Assembly: GCA_963737035.1 (NCBI GenBank)
Contig: CAVTRJ010000016.1
Span: 47,783-111,782, forward strand
Source of the DNA: an uncultured Acidobacteriaceae bacterium
GTDB taxonomy: Bacteria; Acidobacteriota; Terriglobia; Terriglobales; Acidobacteriaceae
Length of the DNA: 64,000 bases
Direction of reading: 5' to 3'
In this document: one piece after another, positions 8,691 to 18,523 of the stretch
Layout: each line of letters opens with the position of its first letter
Position numbering within the stretch: position 1 is the stretch's first letter
Translations under genes and position numbers: made by a program
The notes under the pieces: generated by a model
What the model saw: only the letters and a program-made list of their open reading frames with translations
Told to the model about the DNA's origin: nothing
The model's database searches: none

Positions 8691-10616
8691 TTACTTGCTG
8701 CTGCCCTGCGCGGATGCGGCTGCCTGATGCGTGAGCTGGATGCTGTCCAATGTGGCCGGTTGATCGCTTGAGTTCTCAACTGTCAGCGTGGCCGACCCAT
8801 CCGCGTTCGGCCGTAGGCAGGAGGCACATGCGGTGCTCGCCGGTTCGGCGTGCACGGTTAGCTGCGCCGCTCCCGCGCCGGCCGGCGCGGCGGTCCAGTT
8901 TCCAGCGCCAAGCGGAATCGCCGAAACCTGCGCTGAGCCGTGCGGCGCAATCACCAACTGCGCCTTACCATCAATCAACCGCACGGCGTTGGCATCATTC
9001 GCCGTTGCCAGATACGCGGGCACCGTTTCCTGATCGGCCGACGTTTGGATGCCGAGCTTGCCGTCGATGCGGCGAATATAGAGACCTGCGCGGATCGAAT
9101 TCGGCGGACCCGCATCGATGTGGATGAGCTCGTAATGCGTTCGAAATCGCGGATCTTTCACCAGTTGCACGTCGGCAGGGAAGTCGATTTTGCCCTGGTA
9201 GTCGGAAAGCAGCAGCAGGTCGGGCTTGCGATCCAGCACGTACTTTCCGTCGCCCAGCTCGTGACCGACCCAGCCCTCACCGCGGCTCGCGATCGGATGC
9301 CGCGCGATGTGATAGTCATTCAGACCCAACGGATCGATCACCTCCATCTGCGCAAAATACGGCACCACACCCGCCGCATCTGACACCAGCAGAGGATTCT
9401 TGGCGCCAAACGCCGTATGGAGGAACAAGCCGATCTGCTTACCCTGGCCTTCCCACGTTTCCAGCGGTGCGAAGAAATCGGAGGTGAGCACCAGCAACGT
9501 GAGCAGCAGAAAGATGGCCACGCGCACACGCGAAAATCGGAAGGGCGCGCTCAGCGTCAGCAGACCGCAGCCCGCCACCAGGAAGCCCATCAGCGCCATC
9601 GCGGGAACGAAATGCCGGTAGGACGGAAAGATATCTCCGCCAACGATCAGAATGTAAAGCAGCCAGCCGACCGACACGGTGCCCAATAGGATCACCTGCC
9701 GCCGCTTTCCGGCAATCCATAGAGCAACGCAGCCTACGATGGCCATCGCCAGAAAGACAAATTCCGAGCGAATTCCATACACGTCGTATCTCAGGCCGGT
9801 ATATAGCCGGTGCAGCGTGAAGGCTACCTTCACGTATGCGGTATTCGGCACCCAGGCGCCGTAGTACGCGCGGCGGAAGATCTCCTGCGCCGCGAAGAGG
9901 AGAATTGGGATTGGCAGCAGGCGCGCCCTGGTGATCCATGCCCGCGGACGCGCCCCGTCCGCCAGCACGGCGCCGGCATAGAACAGAGCAGTGAACAGTG
10001 CCGCGTCCGCGCGCGACAGCAGCGCGAGTCCCAGCAGCAGGCCCATCACATCTGCGTCGCGTGCATTCCCTTTCGGCGTCGATACCCAGCGGATACCGAA
10101 ATAGGCAGCCCATGCCAGAAATGCCGACAGCAGCGGCTGCTCCAGGCCGCCCAGTGACCACGCCGCTATCGGGGCGCTCAGCGACAGGGCGAGGCATCCG
10201 ATCAGGGCTGAGAGAAATCTGACCTTCGCGGGAAAGTCGCGATACACCTGTGCGGCCACGGCCGCAATCGCCGCAATAGTGGAGACAATTCCCAGCAGGT
10301 GCGCCGCCGTTTCCAGGTTCATCCCGAGCGCGCCAAGGCCCGCGCAGAGCAGCACCCACAGCAGGTTGGTGTAGCCCTCCACCGCCGGGGGCAGATCGTT
10401 CCAGGTGAGCCCATGGCCTTCGATCAGCCGCTGGCTGTAGCGCAGCGAGATATATGCATCGTCCGTCATGAACGGCCAGAAGTGATAGATCTGCAGCGCC
10501 AGGCCGATGGCGCAAATCGCTGCGAGTGCCACCAGCGAGATCGCCGTCAGATTGCGTCCTCGCCGCGCTGGCGCTGGACTGAAGAGTGGAGGAGCCTGCC
10601 TCGGAGTGGTGGACAT
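8691..10616 (-). CDS. Polytopic membrane glycosyltransferase-like protein (GT-C fold, ArnT/PMT-like)
   Basis: 641 aa with more than 10 predicted TM helices. An N-terminal loop motif FMTDDAYISLRY follows TM1, and there is a ~200-aa soluble C-terminal domain. The family assignment is tentative. Confidence 0.55.
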   Translation of the reverse strand: MSTTPRQAPPLFSPAPARRGRNLTAISLVALAAICAIGLALQIYHFWPFMTDDAYISLRYSQRLIEGHGLTWNDLPPAVEGYTNLLWVLLCAGLGALGMNLETAAHLLGIVSTIAAIAAVAAQVYRDFPAKVRFLSALIGCLALSLSAPIAAWSLGGLEQPLLSAFLAWAAYFGIRWVSTPKGNARDADVMGLLLGLALLSRADAALFTALFYAGAVLADGARPRAWITRARLLPIPILLFAAQEIFRRAYYGAWVPNTAYVKVAFTLHRLYTGLRYDVYGIRSEFVFLAMAIVGCVALWIAGKRRQVILLGTVSVGWLLYILIVGGDIFPSYRHFVPAMALMGFLVAGCGLLTLSAPFRFSRVRVAIFLLLTLLVLTSDFFAPLETWEGQGKQIGLFLHTAFGAKNPLLVSDAAGVVPYFAQMEVIDPLGLNDYHIARHPIASRGEGWVGHELGDGKYVLDRKPDLLLLSDYQGKIDFPADVQLVKDPRFRTHYELIHIDAGPPNSIRAGLYIRRIDGKLGIQTSADQETVPAYLATANDANAVRLIDGKAQLVIAPHGSAQVSAIPLGAGNWTAAPAGAGAAQLTVHAEPASTACASCLRPNADGSATLTVENSSDQPATLDSIQLTHQAAASAQGSSK

Positions 10617-10780
10617 GAGTTGCCTTCGTGAGTTCTATCGGAAAGTCTACCAAGCGAGGACGGCACGCATCCCCGAACCCACTACTCCGCCAGCCGCGAT
10701 TTCAATACATCAGTCAAGAACGCGTATACCGCCAAGATCAATGCATGTGGTCGGCATACTCTGAGGATATCTCATGGCTG

Positions 10781-11986
10781 ATGGGGCACAATAGAGCGCA
10801 GGAGACTCTCTTGGAAGCCTTTCGCCGCCTCGCCTCGTTGCCGCCGTACGTCTTCAACACCACCGGCGAGATGAAGGCGGAGGCGCGCCGCCGCGGCGAA
10901 GACATCATTGACTTTGGCATGGGCAATCCCGACGGCGCAACGCCGCCGCACATCGTTGCCAAGCTGATTGAAGCCGCTGCGCGCGATTCCACGCATCGCT
11001 ACTCTCTTTCAAAGGGCATTCCTCGCCTGCGCAAAGCCATCTGCGACTGGTATCAGCGCCGCTACGGTATCGAGCTCGATCCGAACTCCGAGGCCATCGT
11101 CACCATCGGCTCGAAGGAAGGAATCGCGCACCTCTGCCTGGCCACGCTCGACGATCAGGACGCCATTCTGGTGCCCAATCCCAGCTACCCGATTCACATC
11201 TACGGACCCACCATCGCTGGCGCGCAGGTTGTCTCTGTCGAGATGAACGACCCTGCCGGATTTCTCGAACGACTGCAGCATGAGTTACCCACGATGCGTC
11301 CCCGGCCAAAGATGCTGCTGCTCAATTTTCCGGCAAATCCTACCGCGCAGGTTGTCGATCGCGCATTCTTCGAGCGCGTCGTCGCCTTCTGCCGCGCCGA
11401 GCAGATTTACCTGCTCCACGACTTTGCTTACGCCGACCTGGTTTTCGATGGCTACCGCGCGCCCTCGGTCATGGAGATTCCCGGCGCGAAAGAGATCGCC
11501 GTCGAGTTCTTCACGCTCTCCAAGAGCTACAACATGCCGGGCTGGCGGGTGGGGTTCATGGTCGGCAATCGCGACCTGGTTGGCGCATTGACGCGCATCA
11601 AGAGCTACTTCGACTACGGCACCTTCACGCCGATCCAGGTCGCCTCCATCCAGGCACTCGAAGGCCCGCAGGAGTGCGTCGCACAAATCTGCGATACCTA
11701 TCGCAAGCGCCGCGACGCGCTGATCCGCGGCCTTCACCATATCGGCTGGCCCGTAGAGATCCCGAAAGCCACGATGTTTGTCTGGGCGCGCATACCTGAG
11801 CAGTACCGCGCGCTCGGCTCGCTCGAGTTCGCGAAAAAGTTGCTGCGCGATGCGAAGACCGCCGTCAGTCCGGGGATCGGCTTCGGCGATCACGGCGATG
11901 GCTACGTCCGCTTCTCACTGATCGAAAACGAAGAGCGCACCCGCCAGGCCATCCGTGGCATCCGCCGCATGTTCGAGCAGGGCTGA
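10781..11986 (+). CDS. Class I/II PLP-dependent aminotransferase (alanine/aspartate aminotransferase-like)
   Basis: ORF 10628..11986, with the start taken at MGHNRAQ (10781). Motifs: LPPYVF, DFGMGNPD, and the PLP-lysine region FTLSKSYNMPGWRVGF. Confidence 0.85.
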   Translation: MGHNRAQETLLEAFRRLASLPPYVFNTTGEMKAEARRRGEDIIDFGMGNPDGATPPHIVAKLIEAAARDSTHRYSLSKGIPRLRKAICDWYQRRYGIELDPNSEAIVTIGSKEGIAHLCLATLDDQDAILVPNPSYPIHIYGPTIAGAQVVSVEMNDPAGFLERLQHELPTMRPRPKMLLLNFPANPTAQVVDRAFFERVVAFCRAEQIYLLHDFAYADLVFDGYRAPSVMEIPGAKEIAVEFFTLSKSYNMPGWRVGFMVGNRDLVGALTRIKSYFDYGTFTPIQVASIQALEGPQECVAQICDTYRKRRDALIRGLHHIGWPVEIPKATMFVWARIPEQYRALGSLEFAKKLLRDAKTAVSPGIGFGDHGDGYVRFSLIENEERTRQAIRGIRRMFEQG

Positions 11987-12008
11987 CAAAATAGGGCTGA
12001 TCGATCCG

Positions 12009-13184
12009 TCAAACCGCCCGCATCAGCACGCAGGTCACGTCGTCATGCTGCGGAGCATTTCCGACAAAACGATCCAGGTCGGCAAGAATGCTGTTCAACA
12101 GCATGGACGGAGGCGCCGACACACCGGCGTGCAGCATCGTGATGAGGCGAGCCTCTCCGTACTCCTGCTGCTGCAGGTTCTCTGCCTCAATGACCCCATC
12201 GGTGAAGATCGCCAGCCAGTCTCCCCGCTCCAACACGCGCTCGCCGGACTCATAGCTGGCATCTTCCATCACGCCGAGCGGCATGCCTCCAGCTTCGAGT
12301 CGTTCGATCTCTCCCGATTGCCGCCGCAGCATCGGATTGTTATGTCCTGCATTCACATAGGTGAGACGGCGCAATGACGGCTCGTATTCCGCGATGAATG
12401 CAGTCGTAAAACGCCGGCCCCGTTGGCTGTTGCTACAGGCATAGCGGTTCATCCTTGCGACCAGTTCCGGCAGAGGGCCAGGAGTGGTGCTTAATGTTTT
12501 CAGGCTCGCCTGGAAGGTCGCCATCAGCATGGCCGCGGGGACACTCTTACCGGCAACATCGGCAACTGCAAACAGGAACGTGGAGCTTTCCGGCGCAGAA
12601 GGGCAGCGCGCGAAGACATCGTAGTAGTCACCGGCGACCGTGTTCGCAGGGCGCGTGGCGAAGGCGATCTCAAGGCCGGGCACGATGGGCGGTTCGGATG
12701 GTAAGAGCCACGCCTGGATTTCTTTGGCGATCTGAAGGTCGCGTTTCATCACGACGCGGTCGGCAACCTCCAGGATCAGCAGAACAAACATGAGCAGGCC
12801 GCCGTAGAAGTGGAAGTCGAGAGAGGAGATCGTTATGTGATAGCTCTTCGTGTTGAATTCCGATTCGCCGCCCGGGAGGAAGAGAAGCACGAGAGCAATC
12901 AGCAGCAGGACGCGCCGGGCCGGTGTCAGCTTTTCGATGATCGCCCAGAAGAACTGCGTCAACACGCGGAAGAAATGATTACTGCGGGAAACACCCTCGA
13001 TGCGTGTGCGGTCAACCTCCTGCGAATACAGGCGATAGCTGGAGTGGGCATCCTTGCGGAACTGCGACCATAGCTGGTTGAGTTCCATGCCCTCGGTGAC
13101 GCGCTGCCAGAATCGTTTCGCCCTTCCCCTGGACGGCGCTTTGTATTGGGGCGGACCGGTGGGCCGCATGGTTGGCGTTGCCAT
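12009..13184 (-). CDS. Membrane-anchored PP2C-family (SpoIIE/RsbU-type) serine phosphatase
   Basis: Two N-terminal TM helices precede a PP2C catalytic core: AGDYYDVF, VADVAGKSVPAAMLMA, NAGHNNPML, FTDGVIEA. Confidence 0.8.
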   Translation of the reverse strand: MATPTMRPTGPPQYKAPSRGRAKRFWQRVTEGMELNQLWSQFRKDAHSSYRLYSQEVDRTRIEGVSRSNHFFRVLTQFFWAIIEKLTPARRVLLLIALVLLFLPGGESEFNTKSYHITISSLDFHFYGGLLMFVLLILEVADRVVMKRDLQIAKEIQAWLLPSEPPIVPGLEIAFATRPANTVAGDYYDVFARCPSAPESSTFLFAVADVAGKSVPAAMLMATFQASLKTLSTTPGPLPELVARMNRYACSNSQRGRRFTTAFIAEYEPSLRRLTYVNAGHNNPMLRRQSGEIERLEAGGMPLGVMEDASYESGERVLERGDWLAIFTDGVIEAENLQQQEYGEARLITMLHAGVSAPPSMLLNSILADLDRFVGNAPQHDDVTCVLMRAV

Positions 13185-13217
13185 GCAGATTAGTTTATTG
13201 GAGGACGCGGCGAGCTA

Positions 13218-13246
13218 TTGCTCTCAGCCGGGCATCGCCCCATAAT
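13218..13246 (+). promoter_or_regulatory. Putative sigma70-like promoter TTGCTC-N17-CATAAT ending 8 nt before the ATG at 13255 (near-leaderless transcript)
   Basis: Hexamers and spacing were read from the sequence. No Shine-Dalgarno is visible between the -10 element and the ATG. Confidence 0.3.
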
Positions 13247-13254
13247 CCTGATTC

Positions 13255-13812
13255 ATGCACCTAGCTGGTTCGTGGATTCTGCTGATCTTCGCCGCGGTCA
13301 CCGCCGCAGTGCTGCTGCTTCTGCTTCATCTCACGCGGCTGGGTCATTTCATCCATCAGCAGATACCCGACCGGCCGCATCGCCGGCTGTTCCTGGCCTC
13401 GGTCAGCTTCTTCATCACATTCCTAACGGTGCGGCTGCTTGTGCTCTCCATCACACACCACATCGGGCCGTTCGGCTACGTGGAGATGGGCGGCCACCAT
13501 ATCCATCATCTGGTGTGGGGCATTCTTTTGCTGCTCATCACGGGGCACGCCACGCTCGCCGAAGCCGGAACCAAGAGCACGCTCGGTTCTATCTTTCTCA
13601 GCCGCCTGCTCGCCATCGGCTACGGGATCGGAGCAGCGCTCACGCTGGATGAGTTCGCGCTCTGGCTGAATCTGGATGCGATGGCTTATTGGTCGAAGCA
13701 GGGACGCGAGAGCATTGATGCCGTGATTCTCTTCGGGGCACTGCTTGCAATCACCACCTGGGGTGCACCGCTGTGGCAACGGTGGTTTAAGCTCCGCGCA
13801 CAATCATCCTGA
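13255..13812 (+). CDS. Hypothetical integral membrane protein (5-6 TM; His-rich loop GGHHIHHLVWG)
   Basis: 185-aa ORF with regularly spaced hydrophobic helices and GC3-rich codons. I recognise no family. Confidence 0.55.
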   Translation: MHLAGSWILLIFAAVTAAVLLLLLHLTRLGHFIHQQIPDRPHRRLFLASVSFFITFLTVRLLVLSITHHIGPFGYVEMGGHHIHHLVWGILLLLITGHATLAEAGTKSTLGSIFLSRLLAIGYGIGAALTLDEFALWLNLDAMAYWSKQGRESIDAVILFGALLAITTWGAPLWQRWFKLRAQSS

Positions 13813-13882
13813 CTCCGGCGCCTACGCGAGAACTCGTTGAGTTCGAGATGTATCGAATGACGCAGCAATCCGAACAGAGCGC

Positions 13883-14689
13883 CTACTGATTCACACCTGA
13901 AGCCAGGAACCCACCATCCACCGGCAACACTACGCCGGTAACATAAGAGGCGGCCTCCGAAGCCAAAAATACCGCCGCACCCACGAGCTCCTCAACCCTT
14001 CCAAATCGCCCCTGCGGCGTGCGCATCAGCAGCTCCTGCCCGCGCGGCGTGGAGTCCAGCAGCTGTTGATTGAGCGCGGTGCGAAAGACACCCGGCGCAA
14101 TCGCATTCACCAGCACACCGTGCCGTGACCACTCCACGGCCAACGACCGCGTCAGCGCGGCCACGCCCGCTTTACTCGCCGCGTACGATGCCACCTCGTG
14201 GAAGGAGACGAAGCTATTCAGCGAAGCGATATTGATAATGCGGCCCGCGCCACGCTCCAGCATCTGCGGCGCAAATACCTGACAGCTCCGCAGGGTGCCG
14301 GTCAGATTAGTATCGACAATCGAATTCCACTCGCTCTCTTCGATCTCGAGCGTCGGCACACGGCGGATACGTCCCGCGCAGTTCACCAGAATGTCGACCG
14401 GCCCCAGTTCACGGGCGACGCGGTCGCGCAGCGCGATCAGGCTGGCGCGATCACTCACGTCGGCCGGCTGCCGCACCGTGCGCCGTCCCAACGCCTCGAT
14501 GGCCACAGCGGTTTCTTCGAGCGGCTCAATACGGCGCCCTGCGGCGACAACATCCGAGCCCGCGGCTGCGAGCCCCACACTGAGCGCGCGCCCGATCCCT
14601 GTCGTTCCGCCCAGCACCACGGCCCGCTTTCCGCTCAAATCGAATAGCGCAGGACCACGCTTGGCCCCGTTTTCTGATTCACTCACCAC
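13883..14689 (-). CDS. Short-chain dehydrogenase/reductase (KduD / gluconate 5-dehydrogenase-like)
   Basis: The Rossmann motif is GGTTGIGRA, followed by NCAG, the catalytic YAASK, and C-terminal DGGF. Confidence 0.85.
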   Translation of the reverse strand: MVSESENGAKRGPALFDLSGKRAVVLGGTTGIGRALSVGLAAAGSDVVAAGRRIEPLEETAVAIEALGRRTVRQPADVSDRASLIALRDRVARELGPVDILVNCAGRIRRVPTLEIEESEWNSIVDTNLTGTLRSCQVFAPQMLERGAGRIINIASLNSFVSFHEVASYAASKAGVAALTRSLAVEWSRHGVLVNAIAPGVFRTALNQQLLDSTPRGQELLMRTPQGRFGRVEELVGAAVFLASEAASYVTGVVLPVDGGFLASGVNQ

Positions 14690-14914
14690 GCACTCCTATT
14701 GATGTTTGAATATCCGCCCTGTGCGAAACTCAGGCTCTCATGCGCAGGTCACAAGCGCAGCACACACGAGTCCATCTTAATCACGAGGGCTGGTTCATCA
14801 TGCAGGTTCAGCCGATACGGAAGCGAGCTTACCTTTATATTTAGCGTTTCATTCTTACCGCAATATGCGAGAATTGCTCGGCACGAACGCCCTCCCCCAT
14901 CTAATTGAGTTTCG

Positions 14915-15268
14915 ATGAGGCACCCGATGGCTGATACCGCAGTCGGTCTTACGCTTGATATTGAACGTACCGGCAGCACGGTGATTGTGCGATGCCACGG
15001 CAAGTTGTTAGCTGGCGATGAGGTTCTTTACAACAAAGTCAAGCAACTGCTGCCGGATTCCAAGCGGATCGTGCTGGATCTAACCGATCTGACCCGCATG
15101 GACAGCATGGGCCTGGGCACGCTGGTTCGGCTCTATGTCTCTGCCCGCTCCTCAGGCTGCACGTTGGAACTGATGAACCTTGGCAAACAGGTTAGGCTAC
15201 TTCTCGGGACCGCCCATCTCCTGTCGGCTTTCACGATTGTTGGCGAACATGGCATCAAGATGAATTGA
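14915..15268 (+). CDS. STAS-domain anti-sigma-factor antagonist (SpoIIAA/RsbV-like)
   Basis: The 117-aa protein contains LDLTDLTRMDSMGLGTLV, where the DSxGLG region carries the usual phosphorylatable Ser. Confidence 0.8.
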   Translation: MRHPMADTAVGLTLDIERTGSTVIVRCHGKLLAGDEVLYNKVKQLLPDSKRIVLDLTDLTRMDSMGLGTLVRLYVSARSSGCTLELMNLGKQVRLLLGTAHLLSAFTIVGEHGIKMN

Positions 15269-15387
15269 TTTTTCGCCAGGCCAGCGCCGCGGTTGCTCAT
15301 TATCTCTTCATCGCACGAAATGCTGCGGCATGCTTGGACAACGGGATATCGCCCGCGCTCATCCATCGACAGAGAGGGAAATCGCCG

Positions 15388-15807
15388 ATGCTTGTCCGCA
15401 ATCAACAGATCGAACTGCTGAAAACAAGGCTTCCGAAAGTCATCAGCCCCGCAGCGCATGGAGTGATCGATTACGCGCATGCGGCATTTTTCTTCACCGT
15501 CGGTCTTCTCTCCAGCCGCTCCAACAAGGGTGCCGCACGCGCCGCATTCGCCACCAGCGGCTTCATCCTTGCGCAAGCCCTGCTTACGGACTATCGCTTC
15601 GGATGGAAGCCGCTCATTACGTTTGAGACACACGGAAAGATGGATTCGGTGTTCGCCTCCAGCTCCTGGCTGATTCCGATTCTCTTTGGTTTTTACGGAA
15701 CCAAAGCGGCGAAGATCTTCGACGTGAACTCAATCGCCGAGGCTTCCGTCGTCGGATTGACTGACTGGAGCAGCTCACGGGCCCGTCGGGAGCGGCGGGC
15801 TGCCTAA
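15388..15807 (+). CDS. Hypothetical small membrane protein
   Basis: ORF 15265..15807, with the ATG at 15388 preceded by GAGGGAA. It has two or three hydrophobic segments, lies co-directionally downstream of the STAS gene, and belongs to no family I recognise. Confidence 0.45.
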   Translation: MLVRNQQIELLKTRLPKVISPAAHGVIDYAHAAFFFTVGLLSSRSNKGAARAAFATSGFILAQALLTDYRFGWKPLITFETHGKMDSVFASSSWLIPILFGFYGTKAAKIFDVNSIAEASVVGLTDWSSSRARRERRAA

Positions 15808-15818
15808 ATGAGCCGCTT

Positions 15819-17213
15819 CTACAGCTTGTAAGCCCGCCGCACTAGCGGACCGGTCAAGTCACGCGCTACTTCCACCGCCTCGTCTTCTTCCAGGCGATGA
15901 TCTGCTACCAGCGTCGCCAGGTATGCCGCATCCGTGCGGCGCGCCACGTCGTGCCGCCCGGGTATCGAAAGGAAGGCGCGCGTGTCGTCATTGAAGCCGG
16001 CGGTGTTGTAAAAGCCTGCGGTTTCGGTCACATGCTGGCGGAAGCGCATCATGCCCTCCGGACTGTCGAGAAACCACCATGGCGGCCCCAGAATCACGGA
16101 CGGGTAGTGGCCGGCGAGTGGCGCCAGTTCGCGGCTGTACGTCGACTCGTCCAGCGTGAACAGGATCAGCCGGAAATCATGCTCGTTGCCGTAGCGTGCC
16201 AGCAGCGGATGTAGCGCGTGGACGTAGTTTGTTGGCGTCGGAATGTCCGCACCCTGGTCGCGTCCCCACTTCGCCAGCAGCACCGGGTTGTAGTTGCGCA
16301 GGCTGCCCACGTGCAACTGCATCACCAGTCCGTCTTCCACGCTCATTCGCGCCATCTCGCTCAGCATCTGCGCGCGGAAGAGTTCCGCATCGGCGGGGGT
16401 AGGTTCATTCGTTCGCGTGACGCGCCGATACAGCGCCTCCGCCTCGGTCCTGGAAAGGTTGACTGTCGCTGCCGTCGGATGGCCGTGGTCGGTTGCGGTC
16501 GCGCCGTGTTGTTTGAAGAAGCGCCGCCGCGCGATCAGCGCAGCGAGATAGCCCTTCCAGGTCGAGATATCCTCGCCGGTTAGACTCCCAAGCGTCTCGA
16601 GATTTCTGCGGAATCCGGCGAACTCCGGATCAACTACCGCATCCGGACGAAAGGTTGGGATCACGCGGCCTTTCCACCCGGAGTTGCGAATCGCGGCGTG
16701 TGCCTCCAGATTGTCGAGTGCGCTGTCGGTGGTCGCAATCATCTCGATGCGGAAGCGTTCATAAAGGGCTCGCGGTCGAAACTCCGCGGTCGCCAGCCGC
16801 TCTGAGATCCTCTCCCAGTACAGGTCGGCAGTTTCCTTGCTGAGCCGGACATCGAGGCCGAAGAGCTCCTGGAAGACATAGTCGAGCCAGAGGCGGGTCG
16901 GCGTGCCGCGGAACAAGTGGTAGTGAGCCGCGAAAAGCCGCCACACCTCCTGCGCCTTCTGCGGATCGGCGCCCTCGCGCAGGGTCTCCATTGCGATTCC
17001 CTGGCTGTAGAGCATCCGGAGGATGTAATGGTCGGGCAACAGGAACAGTGCCGTCGGATCGGGGAAGGCCGTATCTTCGGCGAACCATCGCGGATCGGTA
17101 TGGCCATGCGGGCTCAGGATCGGCAGATCGCGAATCTCGGAGAAGATCCTCCGCGCGATTTCGCGCACCTCGGGGTTGGCAGGAAAGAGTCGGTCTGGAT
17201 GAAGCAGGGGCAT
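15819..17213 (-). CDS. uxaC: Glucuronate (uronate) isomerase
   Basis: The 464-aa ORF has the N-terminus LHPDRLFP...IARRIF..IRDLPILSPHGHTDPRWF characteristic of UxaC, and the length is full. Confidence 0.9.
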   Translation of the reverse strand: MPLLHPDRLFPANPEVREIARRIFSEIRDLPILSPHGHTDPRWFAEDTAFPDPTALFLLPDHYILRMLYSQGIAMETLREGADPQKAQEVWRLFAAHYHLFRGTPTRLWLDYVFQELFGLDVRLSKETADLYWERISERLATAEFRPRALYERFRIEMIATTDSALDNLEAHAAIRNSGWKGRVIPTFRPDAVVDPEFAGFRRNLETLGSLTGEDISTWKGYLAALIARRRFFKQHGATATDHGHPTAATVNLSRTEAEALYRRVTRTNEPTPADAELFRAQMLSEMARMSVEDGLVMQLHVGSLRNYNPVLLAKWGRDQGADIPTPTNYVHALHPLLARYGNEHDFRLILFTLDESTYSRELAPLAGHYPSVILGPPWWFLDSPEGMMRFRQHVTETAGFYNTAGFNDDTRAFLSIPGRHDVARRTDAAYLATLVADHRLEEDEAVEVARDLTGPLVRRAYKL

Positions 17214-17446
17214 TCGTTCACCTTAACGCAGCGGATGGGGCTCAACATGTCTGACAACCTGGCCCAAACGACTATCTACATTCCATCTCCCGGTGCCGAG
17301 CCAATAGGGCCAAATGCGTCCCAGAGCGTACTGGGAAGGCCGATTTCAGACACAAATTGCGCTCCAATGCGGTTCGGAAATGGCGGAGGGTGTTGTTGCG
17401 CACGAATCTGTTGGATGCAGGTGGAGTGGAACTGGCGGATGCGGCA

Positions 17447-18145
17447 CTAGTCTTTGGAGAGCTCTGCGTCGGCGAGCACGGTCCGCACCTGCATGAGATG
17501 TTGGCGCATGGCGGCGCGCGCGGCGAGCGCATCGTGGGTGCGGAGCGCCGCGTAAATAGCGCGGTGCTCGTTGAGCGCGGCGTCCTGGCGGCGCACCAGG
17601 CGGGTGCGCTCGCTGAACTGGTGGAAGAGCGGCGAGAACATGCCGGCCCATAGTTCGCCGACAATCGAAGCCAGCACATCGTTGCCCGAAGCACGCGCGA
17701 TGCTGACATGAAAACTCTGATCGGCGTTGCGGCTGTGCTCACCGCGCGCGATGATTGACTGCATCTCGGTCAGGGTGCCGGCGATCTCTTCGAGATCCTC
17801 CGGAGTGGCGCGCTGCGCGGCTTCCGCAGCGATCTCGCCTTCAATGAGGATGCGCGCATTGAGCAGTTCGATGGGCCCGGGACCGGTGTCGACCGAGGGC
17901 GCGGCGATGAGATCGCGATGGCGCACATAGGAGCCGGAGCCGGTGCGGATTTCGACCAGCCCAGCGATCTCGAGCGCGATCATGGCTTCGCGAACGGTAG
18001 GGCGACTGACGCCGAGTTGCTGAGCTAAAAGCTTCTCCGACGGAAGGCGCGATCCAGACGGCATGGCGCCGCTTTGAATCTGCTTGCGGATGCTGTCTGC
18101 GACCTGCTGATAGAGCCGCTGGTTGACGATGGGTTCGAGCGTCAC
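17447..18145 (-). CDS. GntR-family (FadR/FCD subfamily) transcriptional regulator
   Basis: The winged helix-turn-helix is LPSEKLLAQQLGVSRPTVREAMIALEIAGLVEIRTGSGSYV, followed by a C-terminal FCD-like helical domain. The ORF extends to a TTG at 18250. The GTG at 18145 gives a typical ~233-aa length, but the start is uncertain. Confidence 0.8.
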   Translation of the reverse strand: MTLEPIVNQRLYQQVADSIRKQIQSGAMPSGSRLPSEKLLAQQLGVSRPTVREAMIALEIAGLVEIRTGSGSYVRHRDLIAAPSVDTGPGPIELLNARILIEGEIAAEAAQRATPEDLEEIAGTLTEMQSIIARGEHSRNADQSFHVSIARASGNDVLASIVGELWAGMFSPLFHQFSERTRLVRRQDAALNEHRAIYAALRTHDALAARAAMRQHLMQVRTVLADAELSKD

Positions 18146-18333
18146 GTTCCCTATGCTGCCACAGCCGCCTGCGGCAGGAGGCGAGGGGGCGGAAATTCGT
18201 GTCTTCAAAGCGGTGTTTGGGAGGCGTTCTGGGGACGTTCTGGGGCGCAATTGGGTACAAAGTTAACGCTTACTAAAAACAGCCGGCAGTGAACTCTACG
18301 CGCTCCGGCCCGGAAGAGCCGCATCTTTCACTA

Positions 18334-18356
18334 CGCTTCGCTTCGTTCGGGACGAC
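18334..18356. repeat. Copy of dispersed intergenic motif (CGCTTCGCTTCGTTCGGGACGAC variant)
   Basis: It matches the TTCGC(T/C)..G(T/C)TCAGGATGAC family seen at 24045, 25443 and 26581. Confidence 0.45.
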
Positions 18357-18400
18357 GACTGAATTTCGGTGGCAGGGCCAAACCTGATCTGTATGGCTGC

Positions 18401-18430
18401 TTGACAATGATTTCTTCTCAGGAATAAGGT
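18401..18430 (+). promoter_or_regulatory. Putative sigma70-like promoter TTGACA-N18-TAAGGT upstream of the TonB-dependent receptor
   Basis: The -35 hexamer at 18401..18406 is perfect. The -10 is weaker and retains T1, A2 and T6. It lies ~95 nt upstream of the ATG at 18524. Confidence 0.35.
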
Positions 18431-18523
18431 TCGCTGCGGCAACAGTGTGGCTCTTTGCCGAGATGCGCCCAAGGCGCGCCGGGGCCATACGAAGAGCAGA
18501 TTTTCTTTTCGGGAGGCTACAAA

